Below are positions 27,756-43,544 of a stretch of 64,000 bases of DNA, piece after piece (position 1 is the stretch's first letter; each line of letters starts with the position of its first letter). Both the position numbers and the translations under genes were made by a program. The stretch lies in assembly GCF_009914755.1 (NCBI RefSeq), contig NC_060947.1; one strand, given 5' to 3'. The notes under the pieces are model-generated. The model searched no databases and was not told the DNA's origin. It saw nothing but the letters and a program-made list of their open reading frames with translations. The DNA comes from the human T2T-CHM13v2.0 reference genome, Homo sapiens.

Positions 27756-29366
27756 TCTTAACAGAATTTCTCTGAGAAGAAAGGCTACAGACGATGGGTG
27801 GTCTTTAGTCTTTAGACAACAGAAAAACTAGGGGGCTGTCCTACAAGTCATCTAAGTGAACAAAAGCCATTATAAGGATCACAGGCCATTATGAGTCCAC
27901 CATGTAACCAAAACCCCAAAATCTGATGAAGGGTAAGGAATTCCTTGCCATTCATAAGATTTTTACAAGGAATGATGATTTCACAAAGAGTAAACCCATA
28001 GCATAGAGGAAATCATCTTGTCCTGAAAGTTTACCTTCTCCAGGCCAGCTCTTCACCCTAGTCTTCCAGTGAAGTTCAATGACAACTGTATGTCCATTCA
28101 CATACTTTTCTACAATCTTAGAGAAAAAATACCTGTTTCACATTTTATTCCCACTAAACTCCTGTTGGTGGCTATTTATTGTAACTGCAAAAAATGGTAG
28201 TATACATTAATCAATAATAGGGTGAGTTCAGGATTCTAATCATTCTTAACTTGATGAAAATAAAATTATGTACTTACAGTTAATGAGCTAATGAGTATTC
28301 TGTCAGACACTGAGCTTATCTTTTATGCTTTTGTTGTAGGCATAAATTAATTCCAGACATAAAGATATGACTATCAGAATTAGCCTTATTCAAAGATAGC
28401 AGAAGTAGTGAAGTGAGGGGGTGTGCTGAAGCTGTGATAGGTGGCATAAAAAGGCAAGCTTTGAGTTTCAGTTTCAGATCATACAAAGAGCTTGGAATTT
28501 GTCACTCCTGTCCTTAAAACAATCAAAGTATGAACAAACAAAACCAATGACATTTCTTGGACCCATGTGACAGCTTAAGTCACAGAGCAAATCACTACCA
28601 CCAAATCTGGAAAGACAGTCACATCCAGAGAAACATAGCCCCCAAAACTTGCTTGGCTGTTACAGAAGCCACAGAAATTCTTAATCTGGTAGGGAAACTT
28701 AAATGCTCATTTAGACTGAATCTGAAGGCTGAGTGCAGATGACCTTAAGAGTGAAAAACTTCTGGAGTCATAGGCGAGTTCCTCACATATATGTGGGCTT
28801 TCACTCCAGGAATTTACAAAATTCTCCCAGTGAGGATCTGAAAAAAATTCTCTTATGGTCCTTGTTGGTACTTATTAATAAGTAATTAATTCTATTTAAT
28901 ATAGTTTTAAAAGAAGCATAAGTGACATGCCAAAAGAGGAGATAAAATGGAATCACATAAAATACTCAAATAAAACCAGGGAAGGTGAAAACAGAGAGAA
29001 AAATAGAGAAAACATGAAACTAATAGAAAACAAAGGTGGTATATATTAATCCAGTTATAACAATAATGAATTAATTTTGAATAGTTTAAATATACCAGTT
29101 AAAAGACAGATTGCCAGAGTAGATTTTTTTAAAGATTCAAATATTTACTTATAAGCTGTCTATAAGGAAATCACTTTAAATATAAAGTATCAGATATATT
29201 AAAAATGAGGGGACAGAGAAGGATACACGGTGCTAAAACTAATCAAAAGAAATCTGAAGTCATTATATTAATTTCAGAAAAAGCAGAATTCAGAACAAGG
29301 GAGATTATCAAGGATAAAGAAGGACATTACACAATGATGAAACAGTAAATTCTCCCAGAAGACATA

Positions 29367-29791
29367 TGCTATTGTTTAAGTATTTGACCCTCCAAGCCTC
29401 ATGTTGAAATTTCATTCCCAATGTTGGAGGTGGTGCCTAATTGGGAAGTGTTTGGGTCATGGGGAAGAGCCCTCATGAATAAATTAATACTCTCCCTTGG
29501 CAGGCAGTGAGTGAGTTCTCACTCTATTAGTTCCCATGAGAGCGTTGCTAAAAAGAGCCTGCCACTTCTCTCCCCTCTTTTTCCCTGGTTTTCTCACCAG
29601 ATGATCTCTGCACATTCTGGCTCCCTTTTGTCTTCTGCCATGATTGCAAGCAGCCTGAAGCCCTCACCAAAAGTAGGTGGTTGGCACCATGCTTCTTGTA
29701 AGGCTGCAGGACCATGAGCCAAATAAAACTTTTCTTTACAAATTTCCCAACCTGAAGTAATTCTTCATAACAACACAAGCAGACTAAGACA
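29367..29791 (+). mobile_element. MSTB-like MaLR solo LTR
   Basis: tgctattg...agactaagaca termini; perfect 5-bp TSD acata (29362-29366 / 29792-29796). Confidence 0.9.
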
Positions 29792-31862
29792 ACATAACAA
29801 TACTTAAGATGTATGTGAGTCACAACAGGATCTAAATCCATGAGGCAGAAACTAATAGAACTGAAAAGAGAAATAGACAAATCCACCATTATATTTGGAG
29901 ACTTCAACATCCCTCTGTTAGTAATTGACAGATTAAGCAGGCAGAAAATCAGTAATGATATAGACAAGACAAATCAGTATGACATGACCAATTGACTTGA
30001 TCTAACTGATATTTACAGAATATTCCATCCAATAGCAGCACAATACACACTCAGCTTAAACTTACATGGAATATTCAGCAAGAAAGACCACATTCTGGGC
30101 TGTAAAACCATACCTAATTTTTTTTTTAAATAATATAAATGATATAAAGTATGTTCTGAGACCACAACAGAATTAAACTAGAAAACCAGTAATAGAAATA
30201 TTGCTGGAAAAATGCCCAAATATTTGGAAATTAAACAACAAACTTTCAAATAGCTCATGGGTCAAAGGAGAAAGCTCAAGAGAAATTAAAATATATTTTG
30301 AACTAAATATAAGAGAAAAGACATCTTATAAAAATATGTAGGATACATCTAAAGCAATACTAGGAGGTAAATTTCTAATATCAAATACATACATTGTTTT
30401 AAAAATATATAAAATTAATACTCTAAGTTTCTACCTCAGGAAACTAGAAGAAGAAGAGGAAATTAAACCTAAAGTGAACAAAATAAAAGAAATCATGAAT
30501 ATTAGAGTAAAAATCAATAAAATTGGAAATAAGAAAACAATAAAGAAAATTGACAAAACCAAAACTTGATTTTTTGAAATGAGCAATAAAATTGATCAAC
30601 CTCTAGCAATGTAACTAAGAAGAAAAGAGGGAAGACACAAATTATCCATGTCATGAATGAAGGATGAGTCAGCACTACAAATCCTGCAGACATTAGAAGT
30701 ATAATGCTATGAAAAATTAAATGACCACAAATTTAATAATTTAGAACAAATGGGCCAAATCCTTGAAAGACACAAACTATCAAAACTTACTCAATGAGAA
30801 AATGATAATATAAATAGCTTCCTATTTACTAGACAAAATAAATTTGTAGTTTACACATTTCCAATTAAAAAACAGAATATACCAGGCCCCAACAATTTCA
30901 TTGCTGAAATTTGCCCATTATTTAAGGCATATATAATAAAAATTATACTTTTCAGACATTATAAAATAAGGAAACACTCCTCAACACATTACCAAAACCA
31001 GTCACCAAAAACTATAGATCATTATCTCTAATCAGCACAAATGCAAAAATCCTAACAAATACCAGCAAATCAAGTCCAGCAATATATTTAAAAAGCACAC
31101 ATCACTCAAGTGACGTTGTTTTCAGTAATGTGACATTGGTTCAATGATCTTAAATAAATCAATACAATTCTATATATCAATATACTTAATAAGAAAAAAA
31201 TAAATGGATATAGAAAAAAATTCATTAAAATTCCAAACCCATTTATAACAATAGTGAAAAAACAAACAAACAAAAACTAGGAATACAAGAAAACTTCCTT
31301 AACCCCAAAAGAGAATACATGAAAAAATCTACAGTTAATATTGCACTTAATGATGAGAAACTAAACTCTTTTTGCCTAAGATCAACAACGAAGCAAGGAT
31401 TGGAAACCAGTATAATATGTCAAGAAAAAGAAAAGATAAAAAGACAGTACAGGAAGGAATAAAACTGTCTTTATTTATAGAAGATAAAATTGTCTATGTA
31501 AACTGCCCCAAAGAGTAAGAAATAAAAAGCTGAAAATAAAAGCAACCATAGCAAGATGGCAGTATACAAGTTCAATGTGCAAAATTCAATTGCTTTCATA
31601 TATACCAGGAATAAACAGTTGGTATTTCAAAATTTTGTAAAACACCAATTTACAATAGCCTCAAAAATTAATGATGTTTTTATATGTAAGCCTAGAAAAT
31701 ATAGACAGGATCTATAGCAAAACCTACAAAATACAGATGAAGGAAACCAAAGAAGTTTCAAATAAATGAAATTGAAATAAATAAATAAATGAATGTTCAT
31801 GAATTGAAAGATGTAATATTATTAACATATTAATTATTTCCAATCAAAAAATTTCAGCAACC

Positions 31863-32098
31863 TTTTTTAAAATTTGATTTTATTTTTAATTGCCAATAAT
31901 TGTATATAATTATGGGGTAGGGTGTGATATTTTGATACATGTATATGTTGCAAAATTATCAAATCAGGCTAATTAACATATTCATCACCTCAAATGCTTA
32001 TTGTTTTCTTGTGGTGAGAATATTTAAAACCCATTCTTTTAGCTATTTTGAAATGTACAATACATTATTATTAACTATAGTCATGACATTGTGCAATA
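31863..32098 (-). mobile_element. Short L1MA (MA8/9-like) 3' end
   Basis: T-rich tail, then 'aataattgtatataattatgggg...aaatcaggctaattaacatattcatcacctc'. Confidence 0.8.
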
Positions 32099-33201
32099 TA
32101 ACATATTGACAAACTGACTCTAAAATTTATAGAAAAAAGCAAAGTTACTAGAATAGCCAAGACAATTTTGAAAGACAAATTTGGAGAACATACATTACTC
32201 AATTTCAAGAATTACTATAAAGTTCCAACAATCAAGAGAGTGCAACACTGCTGAAATTATAGATATATTGATCAACGAACAGAATAGAGTGCCCAGAAGT
32301 AGACATGCACAAATGTAGTCAACTAATTTTTGACAGAGACATGAAGGTAATTCAATAGAGAAAGGATAGTCTTTTCAATAAATGGTACTGAAACAGTTAC
32401 AAGTCAATATGTAAAATAATGAATAAATAAGGCTGGATATGAACTTTACACCTTAAAAAATTAACTGAAAGTAGACTATACAACTAATTGTAAATAGCAC
32501 AATTGTAAAATTTCTAGAAAAAAATACAAGAAATGCAATGCTATCTTGGGCTTGATGATGCATTTATATACAACACCGAAAGCATGAACCATTTTTTTAA
32601 AATGTTAAGTTGAACTTCACTGAAATGAAAAAAAAAAAAAGCTTTTAAACCTTTTAAAGCCAGAATATACAAATGAGACTTAAAAGTCAACAATAAAAAA
32701 GCAACCCAACTAAAAAATGAGCAAAAGATTTGAACAAGTTATCAAAGAAGATATACAAAGAGCAAATAAGCATATAGAAAAATACTCAATATAATTTGTC
32801 TTTAGAGAAATGTAAATTAAAGCAATGAGATACCAATACACACCTACTAGAATGGCTTAAATACACACAGACACACACACACACACAAATGTGACAAAAC
32901 CAAATACTAATGAGGATGCAGGAATGCAAAATAGTACAGCCACTTTAGAAGGCAGTTTGGTCATTTCTTATAAATATTTTCTTGCCATATGAACAAACAA
33001 TCATACTCCTATGTATTTATCCAACTGACTTGAAAACTTAGTCCCACAAGAACATCTCATGTGAATGTTTATAGCAACTTTATTCTTAATTACCAAAAAC
33101 TGGAAGCAACTAATATGTCCCTCATTATGTGAATAACCAATCTATGCTATACCCAGAAGTGGAATACTATTTAGTGATAAAAAGGAATATACTATAAATC
33201 C

Positions 33202-33506
<305 letters not shown>

Positions 33507-34553
33507 AAAAGGAATATACTATAAATGCATGCAACAGTGTGAATAAATCTTAAATGCATATTGCTAAATGAAATAAGTCAGTGTGAAAAGGCTGCATCTC
33601 ATAACATTTTATTTATATAACTTTCTGGAAAAGGCAAAACTATAGATAGGGAAAACATATCAGATGTTACAGGGAATTTGCAGAGGTGGGAACAGTCAAA
33701 TAAGTGAAGCACAGAGAATTGTTTAGGGTGGTAAAATTACTCTATATGATACTGTAGTGGTGAATACATGATAGTATGTGTTTGCTGAAACTCATACAAT
33801 CTTACAGCATATAGGGTAACCTTAATGTATACAAATTAAGGAAAAACTCATTCTGGGGATCCAAGATGGAATGCAGACTGTAGCAAACTATCTAACTGTG
33901 TTACAAATGTATGATATAACCTCATGGAAGAGGATGAAGGTTAAAGCCGCTAATCTAAGTATCTTTGGAAATGAGGGATCTATATGACTAAATGCAAAAG
34001 GAACTATTTATAAGCACTGCACTCTAGTTGGTAAAGTTGTTTCCCATGGAGGTATGGGTTAACAATTCTAATACTTCTGTTCATGTATACTGGGATTAAG
34101 CAATAAGTAAATGGACAGATGTTGGAATCCAGGATTCTCAGTATTGAAGGGGAGGTTGCAGATAAAGCAAAGGGAGGAGGCTAGAATAATCCATATGGTA
34201 ATGGATTAGAATGAGTGACATCGATATGAACACAAGTTTAGCTTAATGTGGAGAGATATACATAGATAAATAGATAATTAGAGGTAGACAGATATAGATA
34301 AATGTATATACATGAGTTAGTATACACACATACGTTTCCTAGCTCTGGTAGTTGGAAGGGCCTCAAAACAATTTAAAGGCAGTAGCAACAATAAGCACAA
34401 CCAGCCCCCCAGATCTTAGTTTCTAATAATATTCTCCAGTAAAAGGAACCTGGGTCCCTTGGAGAAATAGCTGATTCAAGGGCTGGAGCAGGGACTATAC
34501 AAGATGAACTTGGAACATCACTGCCAGAAAAGAAGGAAAAAAGTGCTCAGATA

Positions 34554-34554
<1 letters not shown>

Positions 34555-34596
<42 letters not shown>
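34555..34596. repeat. (AC)21 microsatellite
   Basis: Pure AC run read directly. Confidence 0.97.
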
Positions 34597-34598
<2 letters not shown>

Positions 34599-34824
34599 AA
34601 GGGAGCATATCAGAGAGACATGGGAGCCAACTAAAAGAGCTCACAATGGCCAAAAATAGAAAAAATTGAGCAACAAAATAAATGAGTTGGTATTACTGGA
34701 CTACAAAAAGTATAAAATAAATGTCCATGAGTCTATACTGACATAAATAAATGATTGACTAAAATATAAATGGGAGAGAATAGAGAAATCTCCCAGTCCA
34801 AATTCCAAAAACAATGTGTAGATA

Positions 34825-35159
34825 GAGTTGTCCATCAGTATCTGTGGGTTCTATATCCGTGGGTTCAGTCTATTGCAAATGGAGAAAAAAAATAAAAATA
34901 ACAATACAATAAAAATAATGTGAATAAAAACCAATATAGTATAACAACTATTTACATAACATTTACATTTTATTAGGTATTGTAAGTAATCTAGAGATGA
35001 TTTAAAGTGTACGGGAGGATATGTGTAGGTTATATGCAAATACACCATCTTATAATAAGGGAATTGAGCATCCATGGATTTTGATATCCAAGACGGGTGG
35101 GTCCTGGAACCAATACCTGGAGCCAATACCAATACCTCATGGAAACCAAGGGACAACTG
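34825..35159 (-). mobile_element. MER2-like TcMar-Tigger MITE
   Basis: Terminal inverted repeats gagttgtccatcagtatc / gaaaccaagggacaactg, flanked by TA; internal 'gtaatctagagatgatttaaagt'. Confidence 0.85.
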
Positions 35160-35537
35160 TACTCTGCCCTCAAGTAAGTGGAGCATAAAACTTCACATTT
35201 CTTAAATTTGTTCTGGACACAGTGACTTCCTTTCAAAGAGTATAGCATGGAAAAAGGGACAAAAGGGGAACTTTACAGTGGAAAGACTTGCCAATCTCCA
35301 TGTCAGCCAGATTAACACCAACAGTGATAATAAGTCATGTGGATAGCATGTAACATTGATATGATGTGATGAGAACGGCACTTTACCTCTGTGATCTTCC
35401 TTTTCAAAACCTATAGCCCAACTCTAATCATGAGAAAACATCAGACAAATCCCAGTAGAGGGACATTCTAAAAAATACCTAACTAGTACTCCTCAAAATT
35501 GTTAAGGTCATCAAAAATAAGGAAAGTCTGAAAAACT

Positions 35538-35945
35538 CTGCATGGTCTCACTTATATATGTAATCTAAACAAGTCTAACTCATAGAAATAAAGAGTAGAA
35601 TGGTGGTTATGAGAGGATGGGTGGGGGTGGTGGGATTTTTGTCAAAAGATAAAAAGTTTTAGTTAGACAGTAGGAATAAGTTCTAGTGATCTATTGCACA
35701 GTGTGGTGACTATAGTTAGTGATAATGTATTGTGTATTTTAAAATTGTAAAAACAGTAGATTTTAAATGTTTTCACCACAAAAAATGAGAAGTATGTGAG
35801 ATGATGGATATATTAATTAGCTTGATTCAATCATTCCACAATGTTTATGTGAGTGTACAAATACATATATATGTATATATATCAAAACATCACATTGTTC
35901 CCCATGAATATATAGTTATTATTTGTCATTTAAATTAACAAAAAA
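35538..35945 (+). mobile_element. L1MA (MA6/7-like) 3' end
   Basis: 'gcatggtctcacttata...gagtagaatggtggtt...aataagttctagtgatctattgcacagtgtggtgactatagtt'. Confidence 0.8.
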
Positions 35946-36246
35946 CAAGGTTTGAGAAAAATGTCACAGTCAAGAGAGCCTTAAGGAAATATGATATCTA
36001 AATATAATGTGGTATCCTGGATGGAGTCCTGGAAGAGAAAAATGGTATTACGTAAAAACTAAGGAAATCCAAATAAAGTCTGAACTTCAGTCAACAATAA
36101 TGTAATTATTATTGGTTTATTGGTTGTGAAAAATGTACCATAGTAGTGTTAACAATGGGGTGCAGAATATAAGGGAACTCTGTAATATTCTTGCAACTTT
36201 TTGTATATCTAAAACTACTCTAAAATTAATAGTTTATTAAATGTCA

Positions 36247-36534
36247 TTTTCTGAGACAAGGTCTTACTCTTGTCACCCACGATGGAGTGCATTGGCATGA
36301 TCATTGCTCACTGCAGCCTGGAACTCCTGGGCTCAAGTGATCTCACCTCAGCCTCCCAAGTAGCTGGGACTACAGGTTCATGCCACCACTCCCAACTAAT
36401 TGTGTGTGTGTGTGTGTGTGTGTAGCTCTCACTATGTTGCTCAGACTGGTCTTGAACTTCTGGCCTCAAACTATCCTCCTGCCTCCGGCCTCCCAAAGTG
36501 CTGGAATTACAGGTGTGAGCCATCATGCCCAGCC
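36247..36534 (-). mobile_element. AluJ with (TG)n in linker
   Basis: 'ctcctgggctcaagtgatc', 'ctcactatgttgctcagactggtcttgaac', ends 'catgcccagcc'; TG run ~36401-36423. Confidence 0.9.
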
Positions 36535-37714
36535 TAAACTTTATTTTTAAATGGCAAGGCAAGCTTCATCTAAAAACGTATATCCCCAGCCCACTTGCAT
36601 ATAATCTGAAGTGCCACCATTGAGAGCCATCACCCCTAAGTTCTTATTTTGTGAAGGAGGTCCTCCTGGGTATTCTGTTAAGCATTATCATTGTGTGATT
36701 AACATTTGAGGCAGGTGGGTTTTTTTTCTTCTTCTTCTACAGCTAGCTAATAGAGACTACTGAGGTAACAAGGTTTTTCACCAAGAAGGGAGGGTTACTA
36801 TGGAGCTGACATGGCCAGGAAGGTAGAGATGAGTAGGGTGCTCCAGCAGTAGTACCAATCCTGAGGACCCAGGCCCTGTGTTTGTGAAAACCTACAGAAT
36901 AAACATAGTAGACAGAGGGGCAAATTGAAGCAATTCTAACTTGCATGTGAAGGGGAAAGGTTACTGGTTCCTGCCTACTCTTACTTCAAGGGCCTCAGCT
37001 TGGTGTCATAGTACTTCTGCTGGTGGCACTCTCTTCAAGCAGTTCACAACATCTTAAATTAAGAACAGTCTCTCTCTAGTGATTTATTACTTTAGAACCC
37101 TACACAAATGGTGAGGAAATCTGAGTAGCACTTGACTGTCTATTTTGTCACAAGTTGCAGGAAGGCTGAGAAGAAATGGTTAGGGAGTGGGTAATTACAG
37201 AAAGGAATACAAACTCAGATGTTTTTCCTCTCAGACACGTTCCAACTTGTGTCTGAGTTCAGCTTAGCATAGGTGAAATCTCACTTAGCCAAATAAACAT
37301 GCCTGTAATATCCAGGGATGAGGATGAGAGAATCAAATTTTTATCAAGCAAATGCTGTTTTCTCCAAGGGCTCAATATCACTTCAGAGCCGTTTTGTATT
37401 TTTATTTCCTGGAACTTCCATGTGTTATGATATTCCAACAGGAGTTAAACATCTCACTGCTTCCTCCTCTAGTTTCCCTGTCAACTAGTTAAATGTAAAT
37501 ATGTAAATAAATAATTTAAAACAGTAGGAAAACCTTCTATGTAATGGTTTTCCACTGCGACTCCTTTTCTGTTCTTCTGGCTGTGTGAATTACCTCTCCC
37601 TTATGCATCTGTAAGCCTTGGTTTACTTAAGCAACACATGTCTGTCATCCTGTGGGTTTTTCACAGAGGAGCCCTTTACAGGCAGAACTGCACAAAAGCA
37701 AAACAGCTTGGTCC

Positions 37715-37860
37715 AATGGATAGCAGATCTAGATGATTATCAAAATTACCTGAAGAGCTGGTTAAACTTACAGATTTTCAGGCCATGCCTCAAACCTTCT
37801 GAATCTGAATCTTTGGAAGTAGGGCCTAGGAATCAGTATGCTTAAAAAGCATTACAGTTC
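37715..37860. mobile_element. MER5A-like hAT fragment
   Basis: 'aaattacctgaagagctggttaaacttacagattttcaggcc...ctgaatctgaatctttggaagtagggcctaggaatc'. Confidence 0.6.
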
Positions 37861-37882
37861 TAGATTTAATGAAACAAGAAAA

Positions 37883-38956
<1,074 letters not shown>

Positions 38957-40302
38957 TCATAATTTTCTTGCCTGGAGGATAGGGCCAAGTTTACCATCTA
39001 TCTGCAATCAATATAAGGAATGTATTTTTCTTTGCTTAGTCTCAAGCAAATAACTTTCCTAGTTCCTAATTCAATTCTACTTTAGCCACTGGAAACTACT
39101 ATAGAGTTATCCCATTTCCTTTTCTATGTCTGCCAGGCATCATGCGGTTAGTACCAGAATTTAAATACCGCAATTTATAACCCACCAAATCTAAACAGAA
39201 ACAGTCACAAAGAAACACAATTTTCCAGGGTAGGATGACTCTCTAAATTTTGTTTGGCAAGTGCCCAAAAGGTTGAATCACCAGGTAAAGTAACATAGTG
39301 ATTGGGTCACTGCAATCTTTTCGCTATCAGCCAGAACTCCAAGAGAACATGTTCCTCTACCCTATACAATAATGTCTGAAAGCAATTTCCAAATAGACCT
39401 GATAATTTCATTTTCTGAAATATACTACAATAAACACTGCACTTGTAGTAATAAGACACCTTGATATGTGTCTAGGTCTGTTGTTAACTGGTTGAGTGAT
39501 CATAGACAAACTATTTTCCTTCTTTAAATCTTAGTTTTCATATCTATGAGATGAAGCAATTAAGATTTATAAGCTTTTAGAGTGGAACCTATTATTTCTC
39601 ATTGAACCCAGTTGGGTTATTTGTTGTATGAGTTCTGAACTGCTCAGGGGTCCAGTTATTTGTAAGGAAACCAGATAGGAACTTCAAGACTTATTTGACT
39701 GCTACTAAATTCAGCCTCAGAGATATTTAACTTTTCACTTTGGCTCACCTTGCGCCAGACTCACTGTCTTGGCCAATAAGCTACCCAGCCATAAACAAGG
39801 GAACCAGGGAAAACAGTCTGTTAATACTGCTTTTAAGCTTGAGAAAGCCTGTCAGAAAATTCATGACTTTGAAGATAATTGAGCTCCATGAATACCAAAG
39901 TAAATGTTATCAAAGGTATTATCTCAATTCATAATCTCCCAAATTAGATAAATTTCTAAGAGCCTTTCCACTGGGACAAGAATTATTCAAATTTAGCCCC
40001 ACAACAGGCTATAGCGTAAAGATAGGGCCCCATGCCTACCATATGGTCTCTTAAAGTAGAAAGACCAAATTAATGTGGTGGATGTGAGTAGGCTCTTTCT
40101 AGCTCTGAAGAAAGATCTCTCTCTTTCTCTCATTTGTGTTCTTATTCTACTTGGCCGCAATCTAATAATTTCTTTACTCAGAAGATTTTGTTTGTTGCCA
40201 GTTCCCCAGCTATCCTCTCATTGGGACTATCATTTCTTCTGAAAACAACCCTCTCTTTCTGACCATTTGGTCAGGCACAGATTCTGTTGGTTTTTGGATC
40301 AT

Positions 40303-40408
40303 TTTTTTCTCTTTCTCTCTTTCCTTCTTTCTTTCTTTCTTTCTTTCTTTTTTCTTTCTTTCTCTCTCTCTCTCTTTCTCTTTCTTTCTTTCTTCTTCCT
40401 TTCTTTCT
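40303..40408. repeat. CT/TTTC-rich simple repeat
   Basis: Polypyrimidine tract of ttc/tttc/ct units. Confidence 0.9.
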
Positions 40409-41139
40409 TAGTGTGGTTTGGCAGGAGGAAGTGAGGTTATTATTTTGGTCCCAAAATATAGCTCAAGTTTCTCACACTATAAAGCTAACCAGCCTCAGAG
40501 AACATGACAACAACATCCTTGCCTCTTCCGAAGAGAGCCCATAAATAACAGGAGAGACCATAGGAAGCCCATTTTCCCCAAAAGCATAGAAGGATCCTGT
40601 TACCAGAGGTCATGACTCACATCTAAATGTATCACATTACTGAATGGCATGGTTAGTTTTGGAAAGACATAATTTGATGTATAGTAATGCAAATTGCCAT
40701 AATAGCACACTATCCTTTACTTGAAAGAGGCATTCTCCATGACGACATGAGGCCACCTTTCCAGGAAGCCATAAAGTCTCAGACCGCCCACAGTGTCAGC
40801 ACAAATTCACTATACCTGTATTACCGAAATGGATGAATTATTTTTTCACCGCTTGGGTTGCCATTGTCATAATTATAAAAATTCAGCTAAACACCCTTGT
40901 ACTTAAGATTCTGATAATACCAATGCACATCTAAAGGTCCACTGTGCCCTGAAGGAATGGGATGACTCTCAAAATAAACTTTCTCCAGGTGCAGATAGAT
41001 CTTTTTATTCTCTAGACCTTCTCTTCATTCCAAGGACCCAGATGCTGGCTCACAGAAAGTACCAGTCCCACACCAAGCCACAGTTTCACAGCAAAGCTAA
41101 GTGTCATTGTCTTCAGTACCCCTAAGTAAAGAAGTTGTA

Positions 41140-41780
41140 CTGTGGTAATTGCTAACATTGTTTCAAAAGTGCTTGTTGTATGGCAAGCATTGTGTAGAAT
41201 CCTCCATACAGATTATTTAATTTATACCTTTAAGCAAAACTATGACACAGATTCTGTTATTACTCGTTTGTGATGGCTAATTTATGTGTCAACTTGACTA
41301 GGATGTAGCACCCAGTTATCCAACCAAACACGAATCTAGGTTTTACTGTGAAGGTATTTTGTAGATGTGGTTAACATCTACAATCAGTGGACTTTAAGCA
41401 AAAGAGGTTATCTTTGATAATGTGGGTAGGCTTCATCCAATCAGTTGGAAGGCCTTAAAAGCAAAAATGAGTTTTCCTGGAGAAGAAGAAATTTTGTCCT
41501 AAGGCTGCAGCATCAATTCCTGCCTGAGTTTCAAGCCTGTCCGGCTGCTCTACAGATTTCAGATGTGCTAGCCCTACAATCAAGTGAACCAATTCCTAGG
41601 AGTATATAGTATAGCCTACTGTTTTTTTCTTTAGATAACACTCACTGATACACCACTTTGACAGATGAAGAATGGAATTCAAGGTAGTTGAACAACTTGT
41701 TCAATGTCGTGATAGCCAGTATTAGAGATAAGAATTGAAACTGAGTAGATTGACTCCAAACTACATATCCTTTCCCCTGC
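41140..41780 (-). mobile_element. MIR split by MLT2 LTR
   Basis: 'gtgcttgttgtatggcaagcattgtg...attatttaatt' (left) and 'cactttgacagatgaaga...acttgttcaatgtc' (right). Confidence 0.6.
41269..41652 (+). mobile_element. MLT2 (ERVL) solo LTR
   Basis: tgtgatggctaatttatgtgtcaacttgact...cactgataca termini; 'gataatgtgggtaggcttcatccaatcagttggaaggcc'. Confidence 0.88.
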
Positions 41781-41939
41781 TGCCTCTTAGATATCTCAAT
41801 CCATTCATAAAAATTTACCTGATCCTGAGAAGTTGCATGGGAATACTTCAAGGATCTACATGTTTATCATACTTTATTGTATGATAACATTATAAAGTTA
41901 TTAATTATATTTTATACTTATTATTAGTGATAATTATAG

Positions 41940-42150
41940 TTATCATTTATTGAGTCACTCTTATATGTTAGACATTGTCATAAACATTTCACATGTGTTA
42001 TATAATCCCCACAACAACCATATAAGATAGTTAATACTACCATCATTTTATAGATGGTAAATATGAGGGTTAAAAATGTTAAATAATGTGTCCAATGTCA
42101 TGGATCTAGTAAATAGCAGAGCGGGATTCAAGAACATTGCTCTAGGCTGA
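41940..42150 (-). mobile_element. MIR
   Basis: 'atcatttattgagtcactc...aatccccacaacaaccatataagatag...cattttatagatgg'. Confidence 0.75.
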
Positions 42151-42449
42151 CTTCCTCTGAACTAATATGGGTAGAATCCAGTGATTACCCTGCCTTAATG
42201 CCTAAGAAGTCATTATTAATCTGATAACAGTGAGTTGGTTATTTGCCTTACAGGGCCACATTTCTGCTTGCATATAGGGTCCTTGGCTTCTGAACCACGT
42301 CCAAAATCAATTAAACTTTTTGAATAGCCCCTAAAAGTACCGGAGATGTCATGTCTACTTTGGATTCAGCAGCCACTATTTCTGGGTCATGTCCAAGGTA
42401 GGCACAATTTATGAGGTCAATAGATCTGATAAAGAGGCATTAAAGGATA

Positions 42450-42660
42450 AAGAGGCCAAGGAATAAGCTTTGAAGACAGAACACTTGGGTTCAAATCTCT
42501 GTTCTGCAAACTTCAGCACATGAGCTAACTTTTCTGAAACTTAGTTGCTTATCTGTAAAATTGAAATGATAATTGCTATGGGATTGTTTTGAGGGCTAAG
42601 AAGGTAATGTGTAAAAAACATTAGGCCAGAGTATGGGCCCTCCAAATGTGAGCTATGGGT
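42450..42660 (+). mobile_element. MIR
   Basis: 'gctttgaagacagaacacttgggttcaaatctctgttctgc...atctgtaaaattgaaatgataat'. Confidence 0.7.
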
Positions 42661-42909
42661 GGCCAGTTACAGAGCCTTCAGCTCTGGCTACTGGGGCTTC
42701 AGGCTGACCTGAGAAACCTCAGCAAGCACCCTGAGAGCTCCGACCAAGCTCCAAATTGGAGATAAACTTCTCCTGCACAAATATACCCAAGTCTGCATAA
42801 TTAACTGGGCAGAGTCAAATAGGCCCAAAACAGTTAGAGAAGGAACAAAGGGTGTACTATGATCTTCATTCCAGTACTATTAGTGTTGTTCTATAAGCGA
42901 CCACTCTAT

Positions 42910-43035
42910 CATTAGTTCAATTCAGCTCTCATTTTCTGAGCTCCTACTCTGTGTCAAGATCCTGTTCTAGGTTTTGGAATTATAGGGAAGAAAAAGACAT
43001 CATCTTACCCTCAATTTGCTCCTAGTCTACTGGGT
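42910..43035 (-). mobile_element. L2 3' end
   Basis: 'ttcaattcagctctcattttctgagctcctactctgtgtcaagatcctgttctagg'. Confidence 0.6.
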
Positions 43036-43074
43036 TCATGAGTGTGGGGTAATGGGAGACAGGGATAGACTACT

Positions 43075-43330
43075 GTATTTTACTTAGCCTATACTTACAT
43101 GGCACTCATTTTATGCCGGGTCCTGTTTTAACCACTCATGAAAGCCTCATATCAACTCTGTGAAATAGTTAACATTTATTATTTTTTTTTCTATTTTATG
43201 GATGAGGAAACTGAGACATAGAGACCAGGAATAATTTGTCCAAGATCACACCACTAATAAATAGCAAAGCTAAGATTTGAACCTACCTCACTATACTATT
43301 GTGCTCCAATAACACTTTCTCATTATCTAT
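43075..43330 (-). mobile_element. MIR
   Basis: 'ttttatggatgaggaaactgagacatagag...tttgtccaagatcacaccactaataaatagcaaagctaagatttgaacct'. Confidence 0.8.
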
Positions 43331-43544
43331 ATACTGACAGGAGTACCTAGTTGGGAATACTGGGAGAGCTCCCAAAAGACTCCAGAAACTGTAGAGGACT
43401 GGTTCATGTTGTTATCTTCTAAGAAGCTGGCAAAATCCCTGATTACAAAGCAGGGGTTAACCAGAACCACAAATAATAAATTTGAGTGTGCCTACCCATA
43501 CCCATAGAATACCCGTAGAATAGGCAAGTATATGGAAATTTATC

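Noticed and set aside
36718-36770. Strong polypyrimidine acceptor (ttcttctacag|) with nearby gag|gtaaca
   Set aside because: The 22-nt interval has stop codons in all three frames and there is no other support.
40287-40544. Phe/Ser/Leu-rich ORF
   Set aside because: Translation of the CT-rich microsatellite.
40720-40830. Exon-like minus-strand segment with CpGs
   Set aside because: Stops in all three frames after the putative acceptor.
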